Source: a virus (lineage: Duplodnaviria; Caudoviricetes). From it: a stretch of DNA of 26,371 bases. The DNA is taken from IMG/VR virus record IMGVR_UViG_3300032274_000038, positions 1 to 26,371 of that record; one strand, 5' to 3'. Positions 15,897 through 24,753 of the stretch are shown here, in pieces (the stretch's first letter is position 1; every line of letters begins with the position of its first letter). The notes below the pieces were generated by a model. The model had not been told where the DNA came from. It was given only the letters and a program-made list of their open reading frames with translations, and did no database searches. Position numbers and translations under genes: made by a program.

Positions 15897-17959
15897 TATC
15901 GCCCCCGATGGCCTACGCGCCGCCCGTCTTTTATAGCATCCCGAAGTGGGCCACCCTTAGAAATATTCTGTTCGACGAAGGTATCGAAGATCCTATGTTT
16001 ATAGACCATAGATATCGAAATAGCGCCACCCGCACCTTGGCCACTGTTTAACGCGTCCACACCTTCGGCCCCTAGTGTTTGCGTCGCGTCGCGATTCAAC
16101 ACCGATTCACCGGGTAGGGCGTTCATCATGACACCCTGATCGCCGGGGGGGGCTGGTATAATACCGCCCGTGTGAAAAGATGGCGGCTTTTCGGCGGCTA
16201 CGATTGCGGCCTGTGTTGCGCCTAATCCACCAATAACACCGGCCGCGATCCCCCCGGCTAGCGGCCCAAGTACGTCAAGGGCTTTCATAATGGCCGAAGC
16301 CGTAGACATAACGATCGAAGCTACGGCGGCGGCTTTTTGGATGGCAAAAAGGGTTTTCAGGTTCTTTTTTTGTTTGTCGGTTAGCTCGTCGCTGTTTCTC
16401 ATTTGCTCGTCAATAATACCACCCAAGACATTAGCAAAACCGCCGGCGATAGTGCCCAAGGCTTCGAGGCTGCCTTGCATACTTTTAAAGGGATCGTCTA
16501 ATTGGATCAGAGTATTTACAACGCTGCCGATCTCGCCAAACACCGCCGAAAGCGTGCGGGAAGACTCGCTAGCATGATCCATGCTTAATCGGTATTGGTT
16601 GACTAAACCGATCGTTTTTTCGAGTTCGGTTTGTTCTTTTTTGCTCGCGTCTGCGTTTTCTTCGGAGGGGATAGCCGGTACGGCATCCGGGGCGGCTTCT
16701 GTTTGTTCGGGTATTTCTTGCGACGGCGGCGCTCCTTGTGCACCGACGGGCCGGCCCGCTTCGCGGTTTTGTAGGTCATAAAACGCGCGCGCCTCTTCGG
16801 TTGCGACGCTGTACGCGTTAGCTAAGGCCGAGGTTTCGGCTACGCCCTCTTTAACATCGGCGGCGTAGCCTTTGATCGTTGCGGCTAGCTCTTCGTTTGC
16901 GTCGTTTAACTTTTCGATCGCCTCGATCGGTCCCGTTTGACCGAAAAACTCAAGCGCTTTCGCCATTTTTTCGAATGGCAACAAAATAGCTTCAGAAGTT
17001 AGCCGCGCAAACTCCGCCGAGGCCGTGAGCACGTCAGAAAAAAGTAACTTAAACGCGCTTACAAGGTTGTTGATCGGGTCTTTGGCTAGCTCGCGGAGTA
17101 GTGCTTTTAGGTAGACGAAACCTAGCGTGAAATTGTCGAGGAGTTTTGTACCCGTTTCGAGGATCCCCGTGTTGAAGGGCTGCATAACTAGGGCAAGTTC
17201 GGCCGTAGCTCGTTGCCATTCGTCGGCGGCCTTGGCGGCCTCCGGCCCCGTATCCATGCCAAATTTTTCGGCGGCATCTATAAAGGTTTGCAGTTCTTGA
17301 CCGCCTAGGGCTTGGACTAGCTTGGTACCCGCCGATCCGAAGGCTAGGGCCGCGCTTGTGGCGCGCTCGCTAGGGTCTTGCATAGCTGTAAGATTGCGCG
17401 AAATTTCGATCAAAACCTCGTCGGCCGATTTCATTTCGCCGCTGGCGTTTCGAACCTCTACACCTACCGCCTTGAACCCGTCGATCGCTGTTTTAGAACC
17501 GATCGACGCTTGCCCGAGTCGAAGCGTTAAAGGTTTTAACGCGCTCGATATCGCTTTGAAATCTTGGCCCGAACCTTTAGAGGCCAAACGCAAACCGGCG
17601 AGCGTCTTAGTCGCCACACCGGTTCGGGCGCTTAGGTCACTAAGTTCATTTTGTGCGTCGGCCATGCCTTGGAGCATCTTAAACGATGCCGCCCCGGCGG
17701 CAAGTAGGCCGGCGGCTAGGGCTGCGGCCCCGGCTGCGGCCACTTTAAAAGATGCCGATAGCCCTTTAGTCGAAGACGCTAGGGCGGTTGTCGCCGTGGC
17801 CGTTTTTTTCGACTGTGTGCCAACGTCTTTGATCTCTTTTTCGGTCTTTCCCGCGCTTTTAGCCGTGCCGCCTAATGCCTTTTGTGCTTTTTTGTTGGCG
17901 TTGATCAGGCCCGACGCGTCGCCGTCAAACTTGAAGGTATAGCGATCATCGGCTGCCAT
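15896..17959 (-). CDS. Tail tape measure protein
   Basis: Ala-rich helical protein with N-terminal FKFDGDASGL and C-terminal FHTGGII...PGESVLN...ALN, downstream of the G/GT chaperones. Confidence 0.9.
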   Translation of the reverse strand: MAADDRYTFKFDGDASGLINANKKAQKALGGTAKSAGKTEKEIKDVGTQSKKTATATTALASSTKGLSASFKVAAAGAAALAAGLLAAGAASFKMLQGMADAQNELSDLSARTGVATKTLAGLRLASKGSGQDFKAISSALKPLTLRLGQASIGSKTAIDGFKAVGVEVRNASGEMKSADEVLIEISRNLTAMQDPSERATSAALAFGSAGTKLVQALGGQELQTFIDAAEKFGMDTGPEAAKAADEWQRATAELALVMQPFNTGILETGTKLLDNFTLGFVYLKALLRELAKDPINNLVSAFKLLFSDVLTASAEFARLTSEAILLPFEKMAKALEFFGQTGPIEAIEKLNDANEELAATIKGYAADVKEGVAETSALANAYSVATEEARAFYDLQNREAGRPVGAQGAPPSQEIPEQTEAAPDAVPAIPSEENADASKKEQTELEKTIGLVNQYRLSMDHASESSRTLSAVFGEIGSVVNTLIQLDDPFKSMQGSLEALGTIAGGFANVLGGIIDEQMRNSDELTDKQKKNLKTLFAIQKAAAVASIVMSTASAIMKALDVLGPLAGGIAAGVIGGLGATQAAIVAAEKPPSFHTGGIIPAPPGDQGVMMNALPGESVLNRDATQTLGAEGVDALNSGQGAGGAISISMVYKHRIFDTFVEQNISKGGPLRDAIKDGRRVGHRGR

Positions 17960-17968
17960 GCGTGCCCC

Positions 17969-18300
17969 CTAAGACATCCACCACCGGATCGCGTCTGCAT
18001 TTGATCCGGTGCCCTCGGCCCACTGCCTAACGGTAGAAGGATCGACGGCTTTTGGTTTCTCGTTAAATAGACTTTTCGGAGCCTTGCCCCTGCTCGTCAG
18101 TAGCATATCATAAACGTCCCGCATCGTCGCCGGTCGGCTTTGTAACCAACGCGCGGCGGTGGGTTCTTTCTGAATGTTCCAGTATGCGAGCAAGTCTAGT
18201 TTTTGATCTTTCGTGAGTTTTTCAAGCCCCCACGGATCGCCCAAATAATTGATCCCGATGTCGAGCGCGATCAGTTCGTAACGTCCGTGGCTGGTGCCAA
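17969..18300 (-). CDS. T segment of the tail assembly chaperone GT (reached by -1 frameshift)
   Basis: The frame is open from the slippery site: ...DF-FGTSHGRYELIALDIGINYLGDPWG...IRWWMS. The track's TTG start at 18244 has no obvious RBS. Confidence 0.75.
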
Positions 18301-18753
18301 AAAATCAACACGATCCGCGATTTCTTTTTGACTGATAAACGAAGCGATCACGGTTTCGGTTAGCTTCATGAAACACGTGTTGATGTGTCCCATTTGCCAC
18401 CCGCTTTCGTGGAGTTCTTCGTATATCTGCTCTCCGTATGTGAACAGGTCGGAGCCGGCGCGGGCCGCTGGGGTTTCTAGATCTTGGTTTTGGTCGTACC
18501 AACACACGCCGATCAGCGCGCCCTGACATGAAAAAAGCGCCGGTAGGTTTTCGCCTAAGTTCGCTACTATGTCTTCGCCGTTTTCCGCGTTTGCGGCCGC
18601 ATCCATTACGCCCGAAGACTGAAGCAAACGAAGGATCCGCGCTATCTTAGGCATAGACGGGATCCGCCAATTTGTCGTACCCATATCAGATAATTCAATC
18701 GTCAGATAGTGGGGTTTTTGCGGTATGTTTCTAGGGGTTTTTCGGGTCTGCAT
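18271..18753 (-). CDS. Tail assembly chaperone G
   Basis: It lies upstream of the tape measure and ends with the slippery GAT TTT TTG ten codons before the stop. Confidence 0.75.
   Translation of the reverse strand: MQTRKTPRNIPQKPHYLTIELSDMGTTNWRIPSMPKIARILRLLQSSGVMDAAANAENGEDIVANLGENLPALFSCQGALIGVCWYDQNQDLETPAARAGSDLFTYGEQIYEELHESGWQMGHINTCFMKLTETVIASFISQKEIADRVDFLAPATDVTN
18298..18304 (-). other. Programmed -1 ribosomal frameshift heptamer T TTT TTG
   Basis: An X XXY YYZ heptamer in the correct reading phase; the -1 frame continues without a stop to 17969. Confidence 0.8.
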
Positions 18754-18754
18754 T

Positions 18755-19669
18755 TTATGATCCTTGGATCTTGGGGTTTAAAAGTCCTTGAATGATATTT
18801 CCTTGGGCGGCTTGGCCTTGTATCGGTGGAAGTACGCCCCCGCCGCCGCCGCCCGCCTCAATATCGTTATGAATGACGCTCATGAACATCCCATGCAGGC
18901 GGCCGTTCTCCGATGCAACGCTATGAACTATCGAGCCAAAAGCACCGTGCAACCTTGCGTTTTCTGAGGCCACTGTATGGACCACGCTAGAGAACATGCC
19001 TCGAAGCGTTGACGGTCCAACTAAAGAGCTAAACTGACCCGCGCCCGCGTTATATATCTCAGTAATTTCCGAAGCACTTAACGCCCGAGACCACATAAGC
19101 ACGTCACACACCTTTCCGTCATATTGGGAATTGCTTGCCCCCGGCGCGTCTCCGATATAAAATTGCGGAGACCCTGAACTGGTAATGTTAGCGGTGCCCG
19201 GTGAACCTCCATCATATTGTGCGGGTTGTGTGTTGTTATGGTAAAGCGTTACCGTTGTTCCGCTTCGTACAATCATCAGATGCTGCCAACTGCCAGTGGT
19301 AACGGGCGCGCCGGATGTTACTCTGAAAGTGGAAGTGTTGCCCATAAACATGTAGAACATGCCCTGATAAATCGCAAAATCGTAGTTGGTGTTTCCCGTG
19401 CTCCAAACACTCCCTTGGTTAGCTGGACCGTAGTTTACTACGTCGGGGTTAACCCACGCGCACATCGTAAAGTCACCCGTCCCAAAGCTAAAATTGAACG
19501 AGCTATTTGCGGCAAACGCTCGGCCACCAGAGCCCGGAACATCCGCAGAGGCCACACCACTATGTGTTGCAAACGATAGCCCAGTATTGGTGGCATTATC
19601 GCCGTTCCAGTTTTCGTCCGTGTCTGCACTTAGTGGATAGAATACCTGCAAGTCAGTGGTTAAAGACAT
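18755..19669 (-). CDS. LamG/concanavalin A-like domain virion protein
   Basis: GDFTMCAWVNP, WQHLMIVRSG..VTLY.N, FYIG and YDGKVCDVLMWSRALSASEITEIYN together form a classic Laminin_G_3 signature. Confidence 0.85.
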   Translation of the reverse strand: MSLTTDLQVFYPLSADTDENWNGDNATNTGLSFATHSGVASADVPGSGGRAFAANSSFNFSFGTGDFTMCAWVNPDVVNYGPANQGSVWSTGNTNYDFAIYQGMFYMFMGNTSTFRVTSGAPVTTGSWQHLMIVRSGTTVTLYHNNTQPAQYDGGSPGTANITSSGSPQFYIGDAPGASNSQYDGKVCDVLMWSRALSASEITEIYNAGAGQFSSLVGPSTLRGMFSSVVHTVASENARLHGAFGSIVHSVASENGRLHGMFMSVIHNDIEAGGGGGGVLPPIQGQAAQGNIIQGLLNPKIQGS

Positions 19670-19672
19670 AAC

Positions 19673-20689
19673 TTAAACTACTTCGTATTTTACGTTAATC
19701 GTACTTGAACCCGTTAGCCCTGTCGATGTCGCGTAAGCGTAAGTCGTATCTGCTTCATCCGGCGTTACCGTAGCACCATCGGTGTAAGCTCCGCCGCTAT
19801 CTCGAATGCTAGCAAAGGCCGCTAAATTAGTGCCACTGCTATATGTATGGGCGGTGCCACCTCGAACGATACCGGGGGTCAGGCCCAGTTGTGCCGCCAA
19901 GTTATTAACTTCTGTGACCACATTGTCTCCGCTGCTAGGCGTGGCCTCTTGGGTGAATGTCAGGTTGTCAAACGGGTCGCCCGCAGTCACGCCAATATTT
20001 GTGGCACCTGTGGAGGGTGCCCATGTGCCAACTGTAGAAGTGTCCGAATTAGGTTGTAGCCTAGATACGAAGATCGGCGTTGCGGCATCGGCTGCCGATG
20101 TGCCAGAATCGTACCCTATTATTTGACCATGCAAAGAGCCGTTCGGTAAGTAATTACCCACACCTTGAATGCGCACACTAACCCCGGTCTGGGCAATGGT
20201 ATAACTGCTATTAGTGGTACTTCCAAAGGATGCGCCGTTTGCAAAGAATTCCGCACTGTAAGTCGTTGTGCTCATATCGTATGTAAAAGAAATGTAGTGC
20301 CAATTTCCGACAGGCAAAGTCACCGTACCGGCTACGGTTCCATTAACTTTAGCCGTGAACGTACCGCTGCCTGAATTGCTGCAATATATTTGGATTCTGT
20401 CACCATCTACATTCCCGGCAATGTCTAAGGCATTACTGTTTTGATCGTAGCTGGTGGGCGCTCTAAATGCTGTGGCAACGCTGCCAATGCTAGGAAGCAA
20501 AGGTGGCGCGGTTACCGTGTAGCCTTGCCGTAGCTCCAAACTGTACTTTGTACCGGGAAAACTTGCGTAGGTGTACACTTTGCCCGTGCCTGTAGTCGGT
20601 ACGGTTTGATTGCTAACCCCAGACCACCCCATCAGGGCTAGCTCTGTGTGTGTTTCTGCTCCAAAGGCCCAAGACCATACCACAGCCAT
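19673..20689 (-). CDS. Beta-sandwich (LamG-like) virion/adhesin protein
   Basis: T/S/G-rich, with a ConA-like strand pattern GNWHYISFTYD....AEFFANG. It is co-oriented and tightly packed in the tail region. Confidence 0.65.
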   Translation of the reverse strand: MAVVWSWAFGAETHTELALMGWSGVSNQTVPTTGTGKVYTYASFPGTKYSLELRQGYTVTAPPLLPSIGSVATAFRAPTSYDQNSNALDIAGNVDGDRIQIYCSNSGSGTFTAKVNGTVAGTVTLPVGNWHYISFTYDMSTTTYSAEFFANGASFGSTTNSSYTIAQTGVSVRIQGVGNYLPNGSLHGQIIGYDSGTSAADAATPIFVSRLQPNSDTSTVGTWAPSTGATNIGVTAGDPFDNLTFTQEATPSSGDNVVTEVNNLAAQLGLTPGIVRGGTAHTYSSGTNLAAFASIRDSGGAYTDGATVTPDEADTTYAYATSTGLTGSSTINVKYEVV

Positions 20690-20690
20690 T

Positions 20691-20939
20691 TTAAACTCCT
20701 TGAATCAAGCCCGGATAAATCGCGTTGATTTCCCCGGCGGTTTTCTCTTCCCATCCCTCTTGTTTTGGCTGCGCTTCTGGGCAGTCTAAAACGTAGCGTC
20801 CACCGTCGCGGTCCAACGTGAGCGTGCGTATACCGCCAACTAAATCAGCCATCGCGGAAACCGTCACGCTGTCTTCAATCTTTGCAACGTCCACGTTCTT
20901 ATTCTCTTGGATTAAAATAGGTGTAAAAAAGTACGCCAT
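20691..20939 (-). CDS. Hypothetical protein (82 aa)
   Basis: The start is reassigned to ATG 20939 (MAYFF), preceded by AGGAGG. Confidence 0.7.
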   Translation of the reverse strand: MAYFFTPILIQENKNVDVAKIEDSVTVSAMADLVGGIRTLTLDRDGGRYVLDCPEAQPKQEGWEEKTAGEINAIYPGLIQGV

Positions 20940-20940
20940 T

Positions 20941-21387
20941 TTACCTCCTAAAGGTGAAGACTTGGCCACGCGTGCCGCTTGCCGAATCCACCCAAACCAA
21001 CGCCGAAAAGTAGCGAGATCGGACGGGGAAAGTCACAACTAAACGCCCCGCCGCCGCTAGTGCCTTTTCGGCGACATACGGGACAAGCGTAGCGACCCCG
21101 GTAGCCGTGTCTACGGCTTCGGTGTTGATCGTGGTCCAGTTACCGCCTACGGCCGGATCGGGTGCTGCCATGCCGCTAGCGCGGCCAACTACGGTTATTT
21201 TTGTAGCCGGCCCGCTGCCGAGGTTCGATAAATCGATCGTAATATCAACGAACTCAACCCCAAGGCAATCGATCGCCCCGGTTTGTGCCGTCGCGTCGGC
21301 TTCGGCCGCTGCGATAGACCCGGCTGCGGAGAAATCCGCCGCGCTTCGATCTAGTGCTATTTTTTCAACGTTGTCAGGGCGTGCCAT
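20941..21387 (-). CDS. Hypothetical virion protein (probable jelly-roll)
   Basis: Ala/Thr/Val-rich beta pattern, with a TAATG overlap with the tail tube gene. Confidence 0.65.
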   Translation of the reverse strand: MARPDNVEKIALDRSAADFSAAGSIAAAEADATAQTGAIDCLGVEFVDITIDLSNLGSGPATKITVVGRASGMAAPDPAVGGNWTTINTEAVDTATGVATLVPYVAEKALAAAGRLVVTFPVRSRYFSALVWVDSASGTRGQVFTFRR

Positions 21388-21887
21388 TATGTCACCGTCG
21401 GAAATTCAGAATAACTGGTGAAGTTGATAGTAATGACATCCGGGTCACCCTCGGCAATGCTTCCAGTTACGTAGCAATGCGTGAAAGTGCAGGTATGATC
21501 AGCACTATCGCCGTGTACGAGACCAGCCACGATCCACTCTAAATCCATTGTGAAAACTTCGCCATTTGGACCCATAGTGCTAACCCAAGTGGATCCGACT
21601 TGGCCGGACTGTAGGAAAATCTCGGCTAATGTTACATCGGTAGCGTCCGAAATATCGCGTAAATTAGCGGTGAACGAGCCAGTAACCGGCTGATCGTCTC
21701 CGTAGCGGATCGACGGGTTGCCTGCCGGGAAGCGTCCACGGTCTAGGAAATTATTAACGGTTGCGGCCGGAACGTCGAAGGATAGATCCCCCGCCTCATA
21801 GGCGACGGTGTACGTGTTTACAGCGCCGTTATCCTTAAACGTCAACGTTCCGTCGCGTTTGGTTTTAATGATGGTACTTTCGGCCAC
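21387..21887 (-). CDS. Major tail (tube) protein
   Basis: 166 aa, acidic and beta-rich (V.GSFTAN, CTFTHCYVT..I.EGD...ITINFT). It lies after the neck genes and has a GTG start with a GGGGG RBS. Confidence 0.7.
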   Translation of the reverse strand: MAESTIIKTKRDGTLTFKDNGAVNTYTVAYEAGDLSFDVPAATVNNFLDRGRFPAGNPSIRYGDDQPVTGSFTANLRDISDATDVTLAEIFLQSGQVGSTWVSTMGPNGEVFTMDLEWIVAGLVHGDSADHTCTFTHCYVTGSIAEGDPDVITINFTSYSEFPTVT

Positions 21888-21896
21888 TTCGACCCC

Positions 21897-22067
21897 CTAT
21901 TTTTTGGCTTTGTTTGCCGGTTTTTTGGTGTAAGAAATACCCGCCGCCGCGAGTGCGTGGGTAGCTTTTCGGATCTGTTTTTGTTCATCTACCGGGCGGC
22001 GTTTGAACGATTCGCCAAGCGTCCAGCCTAGATCCTTGAGAATCTTTTCGGCTTCTTTTGGTGTCAT
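21897..22067 (-). CDS. Small basic hypothetical protein (56 aa), not in the ORF track
   Basis: MTPKEAEKILKDLGWTLGESFKRRPVDEQKQIRKATHALAAAGISYTKKPANKAKK. It has an ATGA overlap with the upstream gene and fills the gap to the next RBS. Confidence 0.7.
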   Translation of the reverse strand: MTPKEAEKILKDLGWTLGESFKRRPVDEQKQIRKATHALAAAGISYTKKPANKAKK

Positions 22068-22507
22068 TTGGCCCCCTTAGATAAATACTTGTCGATCCGA
22101 GATTTAAACCCGGATCGGATAGTTGGTAACGTCGCTATAATAGCACGATTTATGATCCCCGGCGCAATAGGTCGCCGCAAAGTTCCGTCGCCTTTAGCGT
22201 AAACCCACCCGGCATAGGCGTGCCCCTGTAAGCGGCCCCGAAGCGCGGGCGCGTCGTTAAAGATCTCAAAAACGAACCGGCCGCCGTTGATCTTGACCTT
22301 TTGAAAACCCCATTTTTTGTAACTTTCCCGGGTATCTATAGGCCAACCGCCCGCCCCTTCGGGCTTTCGGATCTCTTTTAAAATCTTGAACGAGGCGCTA
22401 ACCATGGTCCACTCAATCGCCTTGTTTATTTCCTTACCCGATGCCATACGATTTAATTTTTTCTGGACCTCTTCAAGGTCTCGGACAAATGGGTTTTTCG
22501 TAGCCAT
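22064..22507 (-). CDS. Tail completion/neck protein (HK97 gp10-like)
   Basis: Basic protein with WPIDT..S...W and N.A......YA.WV patterns typical of the gp10-like family. Confidence 0.65.
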   Translation of the reverse strand: MATKNPFVRDLEEVQKKLNRMASGKEINKAIEWTMVSASFKILKEIRKPEGAGGWPIDTRESYKKWGFQKVKINGGRFVFEIFNDAPALRGRLQGHAYAGWVYAKGDGTLRRPIAPGIINRAIIATLPTIRSGFKSRIDKYLSKGAK

Positions 22508-22932
22508 TACGCAAGCCCGATCGACTGCTCGATCGAAAAGTCAATTTCAAGGAGTACGTACTCGCCGCCGTCCGTTACGGTGCGGCGCGTTCGGTCATAC
22601 AAAACGCGGTAGGCGGGAAAACTCGCCTGTACGAGCATCGCAAGAATGATCGCCTCTTCGATGTCGATCGCGTCGTCGTAGCCTTCGATCTGATTGTTTG
22701 GTAATAGCCTACACATAAGCGTCACCGTCACCGCGTGCCCTAACCGCATTTGCCCGGCCGGCTGCCTGTCTCGAAATTTGTCGGTGTTTTCGGTTTGCAT
22801 GGTAACCGTGAAAACCTTTTCGGCGATCGTGTTCGGTATGTTTTCGGGCTGCACCGCCGGCGGCCCTAGACGTAAATTTAGCGTGGGTATTGCTTCGATC
22901 GTGGTGATCGTGGTCTCTATAACTTGGCGCAT
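22507..22932 (-). CDS. Putative head-tail joining/tail terminator-like protein
   Basis: About 141 aa with an alpha/beta pattern in the neck-module position. The start is set at ATG 22932 (TAATG overlap); upstream in-frame starts at 22941/22953 are possible. Confidence 0.55.
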   Translation of the reverse strand: MRQVIETTITTIEAIPTLNLRLGPPAVQPENIPNTIAEKVFTVTMQTENTDKFRDRQPAGQMRLGHAVTVTLMCRLLPNNQIEGYDDAIDIEEAIILAMLVQASFPAYRVLYDRTRRTVTDGGEYVLLEIDFSIEQSIGLA

Positions 22933-23705
22933 TACTCCCATGGCATCCGCCAAGACCTACCCCAACGCGGGGGCGGCTCACCTAGCCAAATGCTCGGGGT
23001 AGCCGCTTCGCGCTCACCGTCTTCGATCGCGTCGTCTTCGTTTCGGTCGTAGCGAAATTGTACCTGTTGCCACTCTTCGACGTATTTAGACGCGTACATA
23101 TCGGCCAAGTCATGATAACGGCCGTCGCCTACGAACGTGATTGCGTCTCTGAAAATCAATTCTAGCGCCTTGAACGTGTGCATATCTACGAGCGCGTAAC
23201 TATCTAAAACCAATTCAGGGCGGCGGCCTTTTTTAAGAAGGTCACGGTTTAAGATGCTCCACGCCGTGTCTATGTAGGTCGAAAAATTCGGCACTGTAGG
23301 CGGCCGGATATCATCGATCCGCGCGTGTCTCGCTACTAGGTCGCTATCGGTGATCATTGGGTACAAAACCGATCGAACCAAATGACCCGAACGACGCGCC
23401 GTTATTGTGTCCGTGGCGGTGTTTAACGTCCAGATCTCTAACATCGTATCGGAAAACGTTAGATCGGCCGTGGTGGCCGCTTGGAGGTCGAAGGTAGCCG
23501 AATAAACCGGCCCGCCTACGGTCGTAGCCGCTACGTTGTCGAGTAAAACCCGAGACCCTTGTTTAAGCGTAAGCGTTGCCGAAGTGACCGGCACCACGAT
23601 CGCGGCGTTGTTATTAAACCACGTTATATCGAGGATCTGATTTTCCCCGCGTTTTATCATTCGGGGGAGGCCCTCCGGCCCGCTATATTTAAACGCCGCG
23701 CCCAT
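22932..23705 (-). CDS. Putative head-tail adaptor with an N-terminal beta domain
   Basis: N-terminal Ig-like beta region and a C-terminal helical region (IT..DL...YID.AW..L..DL). It is the first gene of the neck module. Confidence 0.55.
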   Translation of the reverse strand: MGAAFKYSGPEGLPRMIKRGENQILDITWFNNNAAIVVPVTSATLTLKQGSRVLLDNVAATTVGGPVYSATFDLQAATTADLTFSDTMLEIWTLNTATDTITARRSGHLVRSVLYPMITDSDLVARHARIDDIRPPTVPNFSTYIDTAWSILNRDLLKKGRRPELVLDSYALVDMHTFKALELIFRDAITFVGDGRYHDLADMYASKYVEEWQQVQFRYDRNEDDAIEDGEREAATPSIWLGEPPPRWGRSWRMPWE

Positions 23706-23708
23706 GTA

Positions 23709-24317
23709 TCACCACCATTGATCAAGAAGTGTGTATGTAAACTGTGTCCACGTCGGATGCTGTTCGATCTGTTTGTGACACAGGTCCATCATAGCCCGAA
23801 AACCCGCGCTGGTGGCGTGAACTTGGCACCCTTCCGACCAAGATCCGACGCGGGTCGTCTCTTTTTCGTCTTGATAAGGGTGCATAGAGCTAGCGTGTAT
23901 ATTGATCCCAAAATAGCCAGTTTCTAATGTGTCGGGATCGAAGTCTAGGCGAGTATCTCCGGTGTTGTCCCGGTATACGGTCACCGGGTTTTTGCCCCGT
24001 TGTAACAACGCCGCGTATTTGGTCGAGCCGTGTGGCCCTATAATGTAGGCCGATCGATACTGGCCCGGGGCAAGTATGGCCGCGCCCTTTGGGTTTTTCG
24101 TGGTCAGTTCGCCGTTTAGTGTGCCCGGGTCGGTCGTCGCCGGCCAGTACTGAACGCGCCACGTTTTACCGTCTAAGTATGCACACCCGATCATGTCGTC
24201 GAATTCGTTGGCCGTGCGGTTTTTTGCACGGATACCGAACAGGTTTAAATCGTACGGGCCACCGTCGAATACCTTATATCCTAGCTTTTCGATCTGCTCT
24301 AGTACGCTAGGCCGCAT
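23709..24317 (-). CDS. L,D-transpeptidase (YkuD)-like peptidoglycan enzyme; candidate endolysin
   Basis: TTDPG, L.PGQY and GINIH...WSEGCQV form a His...S-x-G-Cys arrangement as in YkuD-like folds. Confidence 0.65.
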   Translation of the reverse strand: MRPSVLEQIEKLGYKVFDGGPYDLNLFGIRAKNRTANEFDDMIGCAYLDGKTWRVQYWPATTDPGTLNGELTTKNPKGAAILAPGQYRSAYIIGPHGSTKYAALLQRGKNPVTVYRDNTGDTRLDFDPDTLETGYFGINIHASSMHPYQDEKETTRVGSWSEGCQVHATSAGFRAMMDLCHKQIEQHPTWTQFTYTLLDQWW

Positions 24318-24708
24318 CGTCGCCGCCTAGTTTGCCTTCGGCCTTGAGCCGTTCGTACACTTTTTGAACCATTGGGCGAAGTGTTCCGCGTGCAATAGCC
24401 CTTAAAAAAACGCCGTCTATAGCTTCCAAAGCCACCGAAACCACCACCGGGAGGCCCTTCCACTCTAAAAACTCGTCTGCCTTTTCGGCCAATTCGTCTA
24501 TTACTTCCTGCATTTTCTCCTCTCCGGTGGGTAGTAAATCCCCGGCGATTTCGAGGATCAGATCCTCGGCTAGTGGTTCAAGTTTTTCCCACTTGATCCC
24601 GAGTACGGGGCCGCGCTCTTCGCGTCGTTTCGCGCGTCGCTCTTTACGTAGTGCGCGCTTTTCATCGGGCGTTAGTGTGTCGCGTTCGTCTTTGCTAAGT
24701 AAAGCCAT
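24307..24708 (-). CDS. Hypothetical protein (133 aa)
   Basis: ATG with a GAGG RBS just after the terminator; overlaps the start of the lysin gene. Confidence 0.7.
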   Translation of the reverse strand: MALLSKDERDTLTPDEKRALRKERRAKRREERGPVLGIKWEKLEPLAEDLILEIAGDLLPTGEEKMQEVIDELAEKADEFLEWKGLPVVVSVALEAIDGVFLRAIARGTLRPMVQKVYERLKAEGKLGGDDAA

Positions 24709-24722
24709 GGGGTTTATACCTC

Positions 24723-24745
24723 AAAAAAAGCCCCCTTTCGGGGGC
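24723..24745 (-). terminator. Intrinsic terminator ending the capsid block
   Basis: GCCCCC-GAAA-GGGGGC-TTTTTTT: a perfect stem, GNRA loop and U7. Confidence 0.9.
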
Positions 24746-24753
24746 GGTTATGT

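Noticed and set aside
17322-17942. 206-aa + strand ORF
   Set aside because: It is the antisense mirror of the Ala-rich tape measure gene; such stop-free reverse frames are common.
18863-19006. Diversity-generating retroelement TR/VR pair
   Set aside because: The repeats are short in-frame tandem units with differences not confined to adenines, and no reverse transcriptase is present.
21897-22067. HicA toxin call
   Set aside because: Only the N-terminal helix resembles HicA; the catalytic G-S-H motif and a HicB partner are absent.
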